Below are positions 39,072 through 46,195 of a stretch of DNA of 64,000 nt, piece after piece (within the stretch, counting starts at the first letter, position 1; every line of letters starts with the position of its first letter). The stretch comes from a virus. The notes below the pieces were generated by a model. It was not told the DNA's origin. It made no database searches and was given only the letters and a program-made list of their open reading frames with translations. The stretch is from IMG/VR virus record IMGVR_UViG_3300042549_009011, positions 64,001 to 128,000 of that record; one strand, given 5' to 3'. The position numbers were made by a program, and so were the translations under genes.

Positions 39072-40937
39072 ATGCCACAACTAAACACATCAGCCACAGT
39101 AACAGAATTCCTCAACTCTTCGACAGAAGCGCAAATGAGGGCAGCGGTAGATGTTGTTTCAGAAACGGATTTGAGTTTGCCGAAAAATAATATTCATTCT
39201 CGATTAACTATAGTTGATATCAATAATGAATTCGCCGCTGTTATTGCAGGAAATATTCCAGATGGCGTTTTACAGAATAATACAAATGCAAATAAAATTT
39301 TTTGGGGAAATAACGTAATAAGTATTGGAGGCAATGCTTTTAATGGTTGCAATGGATTAACTGGAGATTTAATTATACCCAATACAGTTACTTCGATTGG
39401 AACTTACGCATTTAATGGTTGCACTGGATTTAGTGGAGATTTAATCATTCCGAATTCGGTGTCTTCAGTTGATAGTGGTACATTTGCTGGCTGCTCTGGG
39501 TTTACTGGAAATTTAACTATTGGTAGTGGGATCACCTCAATTAGTTACGGCATGTTCTATGGTTGCACTGGTTTTACTGGCTCTTTAACTATTGGAAATT
39601 CAGTTACTAATATTGGACAATATGCTTTTGTAGGCTGCTCTGGTCTTAGTGGAAATTTAGTTATTCCAAATTCTGTTACCACGATTGAAACTAATGCTTT
39701 TTATGGTTGCACTGGTTTTGGAGGTTTAACTCTTGGAACTTCGCTTGCTACGATTGGCGATAGTGCATTTCAAACCTGTTCTGGATTTACTGGTGATTTA
39801 ATTATTCCAGATTCGGTTAATGTTATTGCTTTCGATGCATTCAGTGGTTGTACTGGTTTTAATGGAACTTTAACTCTTGGAACTTCACTTACTTCAATTG
39901 GTGGTTATGCGTTTTATCAATGTCTTTTTACAGGCTCTTTAACGATTCCTAATTTGGTTACTGCGATTGACAGTTATGCATTCAATAGCTGTTCTGGATT
40001 TACGAGTTTGACCCTTGGAACTTCGGTTACTACGATTGGTGATCGTGCATTTGAGGGTTGCTCTGGATTTACAAGTTTGGACCTTGGAACTTCAGTTACT
40101 TCAATTGGGACTTACGCATTTAATAACTGTACTAGTTTAACTGGTGATTTAATTATTCCAGATTCTGTAACTACGATTAGTGGAGCCGCATTTAGTAATT
40201 GCGGTGGTTTTACTGGTGATTTGATTATCGGCAACGGAGTTACTTCGATTGCTTTTGACGCATTTAATAATTGTACTGGATTCACTGGAGATTTGGTCAT
40301 TGGAAATGCCCTTACCGATATTAGCAGTATATTCGATCCTATGGTCAACTTTACTGGAACTTTGACAATCGGCACTTCAGTTGGCAGTATTCCATCTTAT
40401 GCTTTTAATACGGTTTTATTTACTGGTTCTTTGATTATCCCCGATTCTGTCACTTCAATTGGCGATCACGCATTCAATAGCTGTACTGGTTTCAATGGAA
40501 CTTTGACTATCGGTACTGGAGTTACTTCGATTGGTAGTCTAGCGTTTTATATTTGCGATGGATTTACGGGTTCTTTGACGATTCCAGATTCAGTGACTTC
40601 AATAGGCAATAGCGCGTTTTCTGGTTGCGATGGTTTTACTGGAGGTTTGACTATTAGTAATTCAGTTACTACGATTGGCGATAGCACATTTGCTGGCTGC
40701 TCTGGATTCACTGGAATTTTGAATATATCCTCCCCCATTACCTCAATTGGCGCTTATGCGTTTAATGGTTGTGTTGGCTTTACAGAAATCAACATTTATG
40801 CCGCAACCGCTCCAACAATCGGCAGCAATGCATTTTATGGAATGACGGGCGTATCTCCAGCAGAAATCCACGTTCCAGTTGGTGCAACTGGATATAGCGC
40901 AAGCTATGACGGCTTGACTGTTGTTTATGACTTGTAA
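39072..40937 (+). CDS. BspA-type leucine-rich repeat protein (long)
   Basis: About 20 tandem 22-24-aa repeats GDLIIPDSVTSIG..AF..C.GF. Confidence 0.92.
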   Translation: MPQLNTSATVTEFLNSSTEAQMRAAVDVVSETDLSLPKNNIHSRLTIVDINNEFAAVIAGNIPDGVLQNNTNANKIFWGNNVISIGGNAFNGCNGLTGDLIIPNTVTSIGTYAFNGCTGFSGDLIIPNSVSSVDSGTFAGCSGFTGNLTIGSGITSISYGMFYGCTGFTGSLTIGNSVTNIGQYAFVGCSGLSGNLVIPNSVTTIETNAFYGCTGFGGLTLGTSLATIGDSAFQTCSGFTGDLIIPDSVNVIAFDAFSGCTGFNGTLTLGTSLTSIGGYAFYQCLFTGSLTIPNLVTAIDSYAFNSCSGFTSLTLGTSVTTIGDRAFEGCSGFTSLDLGTSVTSIGTYAFNNCTSLTGDLIIPDSVTTISGAAFSNCGGFTGDLIIGNGVTSIAFDAFNNCTGFTGDLVIGNALTDISSIFDPMVNFTGTLTIGTSVGSIPSYAFNTVLFTGSLIIPDSVTSIGDHAFNSCTGFNGTLTIGTGVTSIGSLAFYICDGFTGSLTIPDSVTSIGNSAFSGCDGFTGGLTISNSVTTIGDSTFAGCSGFTGILNISSPITSIGAYAFNGCVGFTEINIYAATAPTIGSNAFYGMTGVSPAEIHVPVGATGYSASYDGLTVVYDL

Positions 40938-40946
40938 TTTTTAAAT

Positions 40947-40975
40947 AAAAAAAACTCCACCGAAAGGTGGAGTTT
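40947..40975. terminator. Intrinsic terminator between convergent genes
   Basis: AAACTCCACC-GAAA-GGTGGAGTTT with A tract on the left. Confidence 0.85.
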
Positions 40976-40992
40976 ATTATTTTTAAGTTTAC

Positions 40993-41394
40993 TTAATACT
41001 CAACATAAATAGTCGGCGCTTTGACTTCATAAGATTCCTCAAGACCAAGAGATTTGAGAACCTTCTTCATCATTCCCGCATCAGCGATTGGCGGCAAATG
41101 ACCTTTGCTCATATGCTTATACAAATCTTGTCTTAAATAAGCCAAATCTTCTCTCATCCATTTCATTTGATATTCATGCTCAGAATACATGCTCTTCATA
41201 GTGGAATACATATCTTCAGGAGAAGATTCGTCTTCATCCTCATCTTCTTTTTCCTCGTTCATCACTGGAGAATCGTAAGCAATAGAGATTTCTCCATTAT
41301 TTTCTTCGATGTGAGCTTTAATGCCAAAATTTTCAGCATCTTTAACTGCTGCTTCAGCTAATTCCATACTTTGCAATGAGAATGATTTTTTCAT
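40993..41394 (-). CDS. Hypothetical acidic protein
   Basis: ORF with GTGTAA 12 nt upstream. Confidence 0.65.
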   Translation of the reverse strand: MKKSFSLQSMELAEAAVKDAENFGIKAHIEENNGEISIAYDSPVMNEEKEDEDEDESSPEDMYSTMKSMYSEHEYQMKWMREDLAYLRQDLYKHMSKGHLPPIADAGMMKKVLKSLGLEESYEVKAPTIYVEY

Positions 41395-41422
41395 ATTTTT
41401 TATTTATTACACTAATTTTAAA

Positions 41423-42028
41423 TTATTTTTTACTTTTTTCAATATGGTAATCGAAGGCTTTCATTAATTCCATGTCAATTTTGTTGAAATAAGAAAGCGG
41501 CAAAAGTTTTTTTGGCATTAATTCTATCAAATCTGGAATATATATGGTAGTAGAATTGGGCCATTTTCTTTTTAAAAAGACATACTGATAAAAGCAGAGA
41601 TACAAATTTGTTCTTTTAATATACTCTTCATTATTAAAAAGATTCCATTTTTTAGAATGTTTTAAAGCTCTCTTTTCACAATCTCTTTCTAAGGCTATAA
41701 TACCAAGCACATTTTCCCAGCAGTTAATTTCAGTTTTATTTTTAGCTAAACTGTTCCAGAAAAAAGAAGAATCATATTCCCACAGCTTAGATCCTTCAAT
41801 CTTTTGCTGCATGTGGGAAAATTCATGAACATATATCTCTTCAAAAAGAGGGTTCTTAAAAGCCATAACTATTTTGTCTTCATAGCAAAGACCGCCGCAT
41901 CTTACGCCATCAGAACGAAGAAAATTTGTATTTTTAATAATTATTTTTTTATCATTCTCTTTTAAGTATTCTTTAGACCAATTAAAGAATTCTTTGAAAG
42001 AATCGGAGCATGAATTAATTATTTTCAT
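41423..42028 (-). CDS. Putative zinc metallopeptidase
   Basis: HEFSH (HExxH) plus downstream ERDCE. Confidence 0.55.
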   Translation of the reverse strand: MKIINSCSDSFKEFFNWSKEYLKENDKKIIIKNTNFLRSDGVRCGGLCYEDKIVMAFKNPLFEEIYVHEFSHMQQKIEGSKLWEYDSSFFWNSLAKNKTEINCWENVLGIIALERDCEKRALKHSKKWNLFNNEEYIKRTNLYLCFYQYVFLKRKWPNSTTIYIPDLIELMPKKLLPLSYFNKIDMELMKAFDYHIEKSKK

Positions 42029-42279
42029 TTTTTTATCCTAGATAAAAGCTTTGAAAAAAGAATATCTTCTTCTAATGCTTCCCTTATTTTTACATCCAAA
42101 ATGAAAGAATGGGAGCTATGAACAAAATCTGAGGAGTAAACGAATACAGATCCATCCTCTTCCTTTAAGTAAAAACATGGCTTCCAATTAAAATTTTCAT
42201 ACAAAAAATGCAAAGCAATTTCTTTTTTATTCTTTTCTGAAATTTTGACTTCCTTGGTTTCTGTAACTGTTATTGTCAT
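42025..42279 (-). CDS. Hypothetical protein
   Basis: Coupled ORF. Confidence 0.55.
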   Translation of the reverse strand: MTITVTETKEVKISEKNKKEIALHFLYENFNWKPCFYLKEEDGSVFVYSSDFVHSSHSFILDVKIREALEEDILFSKLLSRIKK

Positions 42280-42395
42280 ATTTTTTAATTGAAAATTTAT
42301 TTAAAATTACTATAATGTATTTTTTCAAAAAAGTAAAGACAAATCATCTCAAAAACTAAAATCTTGTGTAAAATGGATTAAATATTCTCTTCTTC

Positions 42396-42713
42396 ATGAC
42401 CAAAGAATTATTACTCAAAGCATTATCTTTTTTAACTTCAATTGGTTTAGCTGTGTCAAGTTATTTTTTAACAGATACTTACAAAAAAATGGATTCTATG
42501 AGGTCTGATATCACAGAATTGCAGATCAAAGCCAGCAGATACGAAGGCAGTTCTCTTTCTTCTTCTGACTTTATCAAAGCAAGAGAAGTTATTGACTCTC
42601 AAATTGTTGCTACAGACAAAAGAGTCATTGCTTTGGAAGAGAATAACAAAATGATAAGAGAATACTTGTCTGAAATAAAACAAGATATAAAAGAAATAAA
42701 ATCTAAAAATTAA
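42396..42713 (+). CDS. Membrane-anchored coiled-coil protein
   Basis: N-terminal hydrophobic helix and heptad-like remainder. Confidence 0.55.
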   Translation: MTKELLLKALSFLTSIGLAVSSYFLTDTYKKMDSMRSDITELQIKASRYEGSSLSSSDFIKAREVIDSQIVATDKRVIALEENNKMIREYLSEIKQDIKEIKSKN

Positions 42714-42774
42714 TAAAACTTGACCTTAAAGGCAATTTGTTTATAATTGGGTTAATTGTGTGTATATAAGCAAG

Positions 42775-43695
42775 ATGAAACTAAATTTTACAGAAAATTC
42801 TCTATCTGCCAAAAGATCTGGTCCAAAAAGTGGCGCACAAACTCCAGCAGCGCCAAGTGAAAGAAGAAAAGGTTCTGATAAAAACAAAAAAGGAAGCTCA
42901 AGCAAAGATGGCGGCAAAATTACATTTTCCGAACAAGTGACTAATGCTTTAAAAAACAAAGTAGCAGAGCATAATAAAAAATACTCTAAGAAAGTTTCTT
43001 TGTCTCAATTAAAAAAAGTATATAGAAGAGGTGCTGGAGCATTTAGTTCTTCTCATAGAGCCAACATGACTAGGGGGCAATGGGCAATGGCTAGAGTAAA
43101 TACATTTCTCAAAATGATGAGAGGTGGCAAAGTCAAAGATTCATACAGAGCGGCAGATCAAGATTTAGCCAAAGGTTCTGTTGATGAAAACAATACAGTA
43201 GATTTTTTTGAATTTGATGAATTGGAGCTTGCTTTAGCAAAAGTTGATATAGTTAAATATGGAATCTCAAACAACGAAGCAGATTTCGATATAGAAGACT
43301 TAGAATACTCTGAGGCAGAAAAGAAAACTCTTAACAAGCCATTTAGATTACCAACAGGCTCAAATAAAAAATTTGGTGTTTATGTGAAAAACCCAAAGAC
43401 AGGCAATACCTTTATGGTTAAATTTGGCGATCCAAATATGGAAATAAAAAGAGACGATCCAAATCGCCGTAAGAATTTTAGAGCGCGTCATAATTGCGAC
43501 ACTGCAAAAGATAAAACCACTCCACGTTATTGGAGTTGTAAATTTTGGAGTTCTAAGCCTGTTTCTTCTTTAGCTTCTACAGAAGAAGTCGAAGGTTATT
43601 GGGATGATTCCTCGTTTGAAGAACAAGAAACAATTTTAGCCCAAAATAAAGAGCTTGATTTTATAAGTATTTTTGTGGAGCAAGAAGATATTTAA
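42775..43695 (+). CDS. Conserved phage protein with two basic domains (probable virion component)
   Basis: LKKVYRRGAGAF...QWAMARVN and KFGDPNMEIKRDDPNRRKNFRARHNC motifs familiar from large aquatic phages; ATG 42775. Confidence 0.6.
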   Translation: MKLNFTENSLSAKRSGPKSGAQTPAAPSERRKGSDKNKKGSSSKDGGKITFSEQVTNALKNKVAEHNKKYSKKVSLSQLKKVYRRGAGAFSSSHRANMTRGQWAMARVNTFLKMMRGGKVKDSYRAADQDLAKGSVDENNTVDFFEFDELELALAKVDIVKYGISNNEADFDIEDLEYSEAEKKTLNKPFRLPTGSNKKFGVYVKNPKTGNTFMVKFGDPNMEIKRDDPNRRKNFRARHNCDTAKDKTTPRYWSCKFWSSKPVSSLASTEEVEGYWDDSSFEEQETILAQNKELDFISIFVEQEDI

Positions 43696-43700
43696 AACTA

Positions 43701-43889
43701 TTAATAAATAGTCTCAGAATCTTTTCCTTCGTCAGTAATAACTGAAGCTTTGCTTTTTTTATCGTCCCATTTACCATAACAGACTGCTGCTCTTTGTTTT
43801 TGATCAGGAAACTCTGTTGAAAGGTCAGACATGCAAGAAGAGATAAAATCATTCTTAGATTGTTTTTTCTTAGGACTTGGAATAGGCAT
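43701..43889 (-). CDS. Small conserved phage protein
   Basis: MPIPSP...FISSCM...EFPDQKQRAAVCY; GTGTAA 8 nt upstream. Confidence 0.6.
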   Translation of the reverse strand: MPIPSPKKKQSKNDFISSCMSDLSTEFPDQKQRAAVCYGKWDDKKSKASVITDEGKDSETIY

Positions 43890-43926
43890 GTATATTATTA
43901 CACTTTAAATATTTTTTTGGAAAAAG

Positions 43927-44000
43927 TGCCTAGAGGGAGACTTGAACTCCCAAAACCCAGTTTCTAAGACTGGTATGTATGCCAATTCCATCATCTAGGC
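43927..44000 (-). tRNA. tRNA-Leu(TAG), short variable loop
   Basis: Cloverleaf; anticodon arm CCAGT-CTTAGAA-ACTGG; CCA not fully encoded. Confidence 0.85.
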
Positions 44001-44006
44001 TAAAAA

Positions 44007-44082
44007 TGGAGGGCGGTGAGGGAATTTAACCCCCTTAAAGATGGGTTGCAATCATCTGCCTAAACAGTCGAGCCAACCGCCC
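44007..44082 (-). tRNA. tRNA-Cys(GCA)
   Basis: Loop TTGCAAC, U73, CCA encoded. Confidence 0.85.
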
Positions 44083-44090
44083 TTTGAAAA

Positions 44091-44165
44091 TGGTAGTCCT
44101 AGAGAATTTTGAAATCTCAACCTATCAGTTATCAACCGATTGCTCTTCCTTTGAGCTATAGGACT
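44091..44165 (-). tRNA. tRNA-Ile(GAT)
   Basis: ATCGG-TTGATAA-CTGAT, CCA encoded. Confidence 0.85.
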
Positions 44166-44172
44166 ATTAAAG

Positions 44173-44248
44173 TGGAGCCTCCTGTCCGATTCGAACGAAC
44201 GACATGCTCATTACAAATGAGCTGCTCTACCAACTGAGCTAAGGAGGC
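44173..44248 (-). tRNA. tRNA-Thr(TGT)
   Basis: GCTCA-TTTGTAA-TGAGC, canonical D and T loops, CCA. Confidence 0.95.
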
Positions 44249-44255
44249 ATAAAAT

Positions 44256-44342
44256 TGGCGAGTGGCAGAGGGATTGAACCCCACACCTTGCGGTGCATTT
44301 TCTTTAGCAGAGAAACCTAATCACCAGATTAGATTACCACTC
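44256..44342 (-). tRNA. tRNA-Ser(GCT)
   Basis: TTTCT-CTGCTAA-AGAAA, long variable arm, G73, CCA. Confidence 0.9.
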
Positions 44343-44351
44343 ATGAAAAAT

Positions 44352-44426
44352 TGGTGGGTTATAAAGGAATCAAACCTCTGTTTTGTCGTTCGTAGCGACA
44401 TGTCCTATTCATTAGACGAATAACCC
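44352..44426 (-). tRNA. tRNA-Arg(ACG)
   Basis: TGTCG-CTACGAA-CGACA, CCA. Confidence 0.9.
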
Positions 44427-44433
44427 TATAAAA

Positions 44434-44508
44434 TGGTCGCTTGTCACGGAATCGAACCGTATTATCTGAGGCTTCTCAGCGCAATGTTTCCAGACCTGCC
44501 CACAAGCG
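44434..44508 (-). ncRNA. tRNA-like RNA without a canonical anticodon loop
   Basis: Perfect acceptor stem CGCTTGT/ACAAGCG+ACCA and GGTTCGATTCC T arm, but anticodon arm is CTGAG-AAGC-CTCAG. Confidence 0.75.
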
Positions 44509-44517
44509 TAAAATTAA

Positions 44518-44572
44518 TTTCCAAGGGTTAGAATGTTTAACTCATGCCACCACAGCATGATGCCCTTGGAAA
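44518..44572 (-). ncRNA. Unassigned small structured RNA
   Basis: TTCCAAGGG/CCCTTGGAA closing stem with inner TCATGC-TGTGGTG-GCATGA hairpin, flanked by the same AT spacers as the tRNAs. Confidence 0.5.
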
Positions 44573-44575
44573 AAT

Positions 44576-44699
44576 TGGAGCGGCGGCAGAGCGTCACTTC
44601 TGTCTTGCAGGGGACTCCGAAATACCCCATGATCTCCTTCTTACTAGGACAGTCCAAGATTTACTGTCTTTTAATTCGGGTTTTTGTTGACTATACCGC
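44576..44699 (-). ncRNA. Unassigned ~124-nt RNA with tRNA-like CCA end
   Basis: 5' GCGGT pairs with 3' GCCGC-TCCA; internal hairpins GACAGT/ACTGTC and GGGG/CCCC. Confidence 0.55.
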
Positions 44700-44709
44700 A
44701 TTATAAAAG

Positions 44710-44782
44710 TCCTCCATGTTGGTTTCGATCCAACTACCCGACCCTTATAAAGAATCTGCTCTCCCGATTGAGCTAATGGAGG
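44710..44782 (-). tRNA. tRNA-Ile(TAT)
   Basis: GATTC-TTTATAA-GGGTC, A73; CCA not fully encoded. Confidence 0.85.
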
Positions 44783-44787
44783 TAAAA

Positions 44788-44861
44788 TGGAGGGACGCAA
44801 CGGTTATGATCCGTTCCCGCGACATTCACAGAGTCGGATGCTACCACTACACTATCGTCCC
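44788..44861 (-). tRNA. tRNA-His(GTG), atypical acceptor end
   Basis: CGACT-CTGTGAA-TGTCG; U73 and no encoded G-1. Confidence 0.75.
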
Positions 44862-44867
44862 TTAAAT

Positions 44868-44941
44868 TGGTGCATTGTGCGAGAATTGAACTCGCGCCTG
44901 ATATTTGGAAGAAACCCGTGCTACCGTAACACTTACAATGC
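44868..44941 (-). tRNA. tRNA-Gly(TCC)
   Basis: Loop CTTCCAA, CCA encoded, A73. Confidence 0.8.
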
Positions 44942-44948
44942 ATAAAAA

Positions 44949-45023
44949 TGGCTCACCGTTTAGGATTCGAACCTAACTGGATCTCCTTAACAGGGAGGTG
45001 TCGCGCCTAGCGACCTACGGTGA
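44949..45023 (-). tRNA. tRNA-Asn(GTT)
   Basis: CTCC-CTGTTAA-GGAG, U1-A72, G73, CCA. Confidence 0.9.
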
Positions 45024-45032
45024 TTTGGAAAT

Positions 45033-45107
45033 TGGTAGGGGCGTAGGGTAATGCTCCCTATTCGTCGAGTTAAAAGCCCGATGCATCACTATTAATGCTT
45101 CACCCCC
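45033..45107 (-). tRNA. tRNA-Lys(TTT)
   Basis: TCGGG-CTTTTAA-CTCGA, CCA; divergent T loop. Confidence 0.85.
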
Positions 45108-45116
45108 ATTTAAAAT

Positions 45117-45194
45117 TGGCGCACAGGGTCAAAATCGAATTGACCTCACAAAGATTTGGAGTCCTCGTCGCCTAGCCTTGGAACATGCCCGTGC
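45117..45194 (-). tRNA. tRNA-Trp(CCA)
   Basis: GAGGA-CTCCAAA-TCTTT, G73, CCA; irregular D arm. Confidence 0.8.
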
Positions 45195-45203
45195 GTTAAA
45201 AAT

Positions 45204-45296
45204 TGGCGGGTGCGGTAGGATTTGAACCCACGGAACGCTCATCACGCCCAACAGTTTTCAAGACTGCCGCCATAAACCAGACTCGACCACACACCC
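45204..45296 (-). tRNA. tRNA-Ser(TGA)
   Basis: GCAGT-CTTGAAA-ACTGT, long variable arm, G73, CCA. Confidence 0.93.
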
Positions 45297-45304
45297 GTAA
45301 AAAA

Positions 45305-45394
45305 TGGTGCGCCCCACTAGAATCGAACTAGATGCCCATTAGGGAGCGGATTTACAGTCCACCGTAAGCCCAGCTTACCTTATTTATGAGACGC
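45305..45394 (-). tRNA. tRNA-Tyr(GTA), remodelled D arm
   Basis: GTGGA-CTGTAAA-TCCGC, variable arm, CCA. Confidence 0.8.
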
Positions 45395-45399
45395 GAAAT

Positions 45400-45473
45400 T
45401 GGTGGCTCCTCCGTGAGTTGCACACGAACCTACAGATTCAAAGTCTGTCGCGCTTCGATTACGCTAAGGAGCT
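45400..45473 (-). tRNA. tRNA-Gln(TTG)
   Basis: ACAGA-CTTTGAA-TCTGT, unpaired 1:72, CCA. Confidence 0.85.
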
Positions 45474-45482
45474 ATTATAAAT

Positions 45483-45558
45483 TGGTAGGACAGGTGGGAT
45501 TTGCACCCACACCTTGAGAGCGTATGAGACTCTTGCACACTTATATGCTTGCTGTCCA
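45483..45558 (-). tRNA. tRNA with CAT anticodon (Met or Ile2)
   Basis: AGAGT-CTCATAC-GCTCT, CCA; identity ambiguous. Confidence 0.75.
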
Positions 45559-45568
45559 GTTGAAAAAA

Positions 45569-45640
45569 TTGCGGAGGCAGGAGTCGAACCTGCTTACGAT
45601 GCTTATGAGACACCTTTCTGAACCCTTCGAATTCCCCGCG
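45569..45640 (-). tRNA. Initiator-like tRNA-fMet(CAT)
   Basis: CGCGGGG...CTCCGCA-A acceptor with C1xA72 mismatch; GGTGT-CTCATAA-GCATC. Confidence 0.8.
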
Positions 45641-45651
45641 ATTATAAAATT

Positions 45652-45734
45652 GATCCCCAACCAAAAGTAGTCTTTGTCGCCCTACGTATGAGCTTACAGA
45701 TCGGGGCATGAAGCCCCTTGTCCTTTTGGTGGGA
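45652..45734 (-). ncRNA. Unassigned structured RNA
   Basis: TCCCACCAAAAG/CTTTTGGTTGGGGA closing helix, GGGGC-TTCAT-GCCCC hairpin, occupies one slot in the array. Confidence 0.55.
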
Positions 45735-45738
45735 AAAT

Positions 45739-45836
45739 TGGTCTAGGTAGAGGGATTCGAACCCCCGAAGGACGGACACTTACCGCCCTCAACTGATTCC
45801 AAGTCAGCCACATTACCAAGCTATGTCAATACCTAG
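45739..45836 (-). tRNA. tRNA-Pro(TGG) with long variable arm
   Basis: GCTGA-CTTGGAA-TCAGT, C1-G72, A73, CCA; extra arm AGGGCGG-TAAGTGT-CCGTCCT. Confidence 0.85.
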
Positions 45837-45842
45837 TGAAAT

Positions 45843-45917
45843 TGGTCATGCATACGGGGAACGATCCCGTAGTCTCTTGAGTGAAAGTCAAGCGTGTTAC
45901 CATTACACTAATGCATG
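45843..45917 (-). tRNA. tRNA-Glu(TTC)
   Basis: CTTGA-CTTTCAC-TCAAG, CCA. Confidence 0.88.
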
Positions 45918-46107
45918 TTAAAAAATTTACCAGTTGCCTCGATTTCCAAGGCTAACACGGGACTGGAAGCTCCGCACAAAAAATACTTTAAAATCATTCT
46001 AGTCAGACTTTTAACTGCTATCTCGTTATCAACGAACGTTAAGGATTTTTCAGCCTTCCCTTTGGCTTTCATGGCTAGATCAAGTTTTCGTCTAGCGATT
46101 TAAAGTG

Positions 46108-46135
46108 AACTTATCTTAATTTGTAATTTTGTCAA
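46108..46135 (-). promoter_or_regulatory. Possible sigma70 promoter for tRNA array
   Basis: TTGACA-16 nt-TAAGTT immediately after the terminator U tract. Confidence 0.5.
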
Positions 46136-46136
46136 T

Positions 46137-46190
46137 AAAAAAACCCAACTTTTTTAAGGTTGGGCTAAAAAAACTAAAAATTTAACCCAA
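46137..46190 (-). terminator. Attenuator: intrinsic terminator with competing antiterminator
   Basis: Terminator AGCCCAAC-loop-GTTGGGTT+T tract; upstream TTGGGTTAAA (46190-46181) can instead pair with TTTAGCCCAA (46169-46160). Confidence 0.75.
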
Positions 46191-46195
46191 AAACT

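Noticed and set aside
37300-40800. Periodic repeats as a CRISPR array or DGR template/variable pair
   Set aside because: Repeats are in-frame LRR codons with synonymous variation, with no spacers, no adenine-specific mismatch pattern noticed and no reverse transcriptase in the window
44576-44699. tmRNA
   Set aside because: Too short, no Ala-type GGGG...ACCA acceptor with G3:U70, no tag reading frame
44594-46103. ORF-track entries 44594-44800, 45464-45709 and 45915-46103
   Set aside because: They overlap tRNA/ncRNA genes or the array leader and have no protein-like motifs
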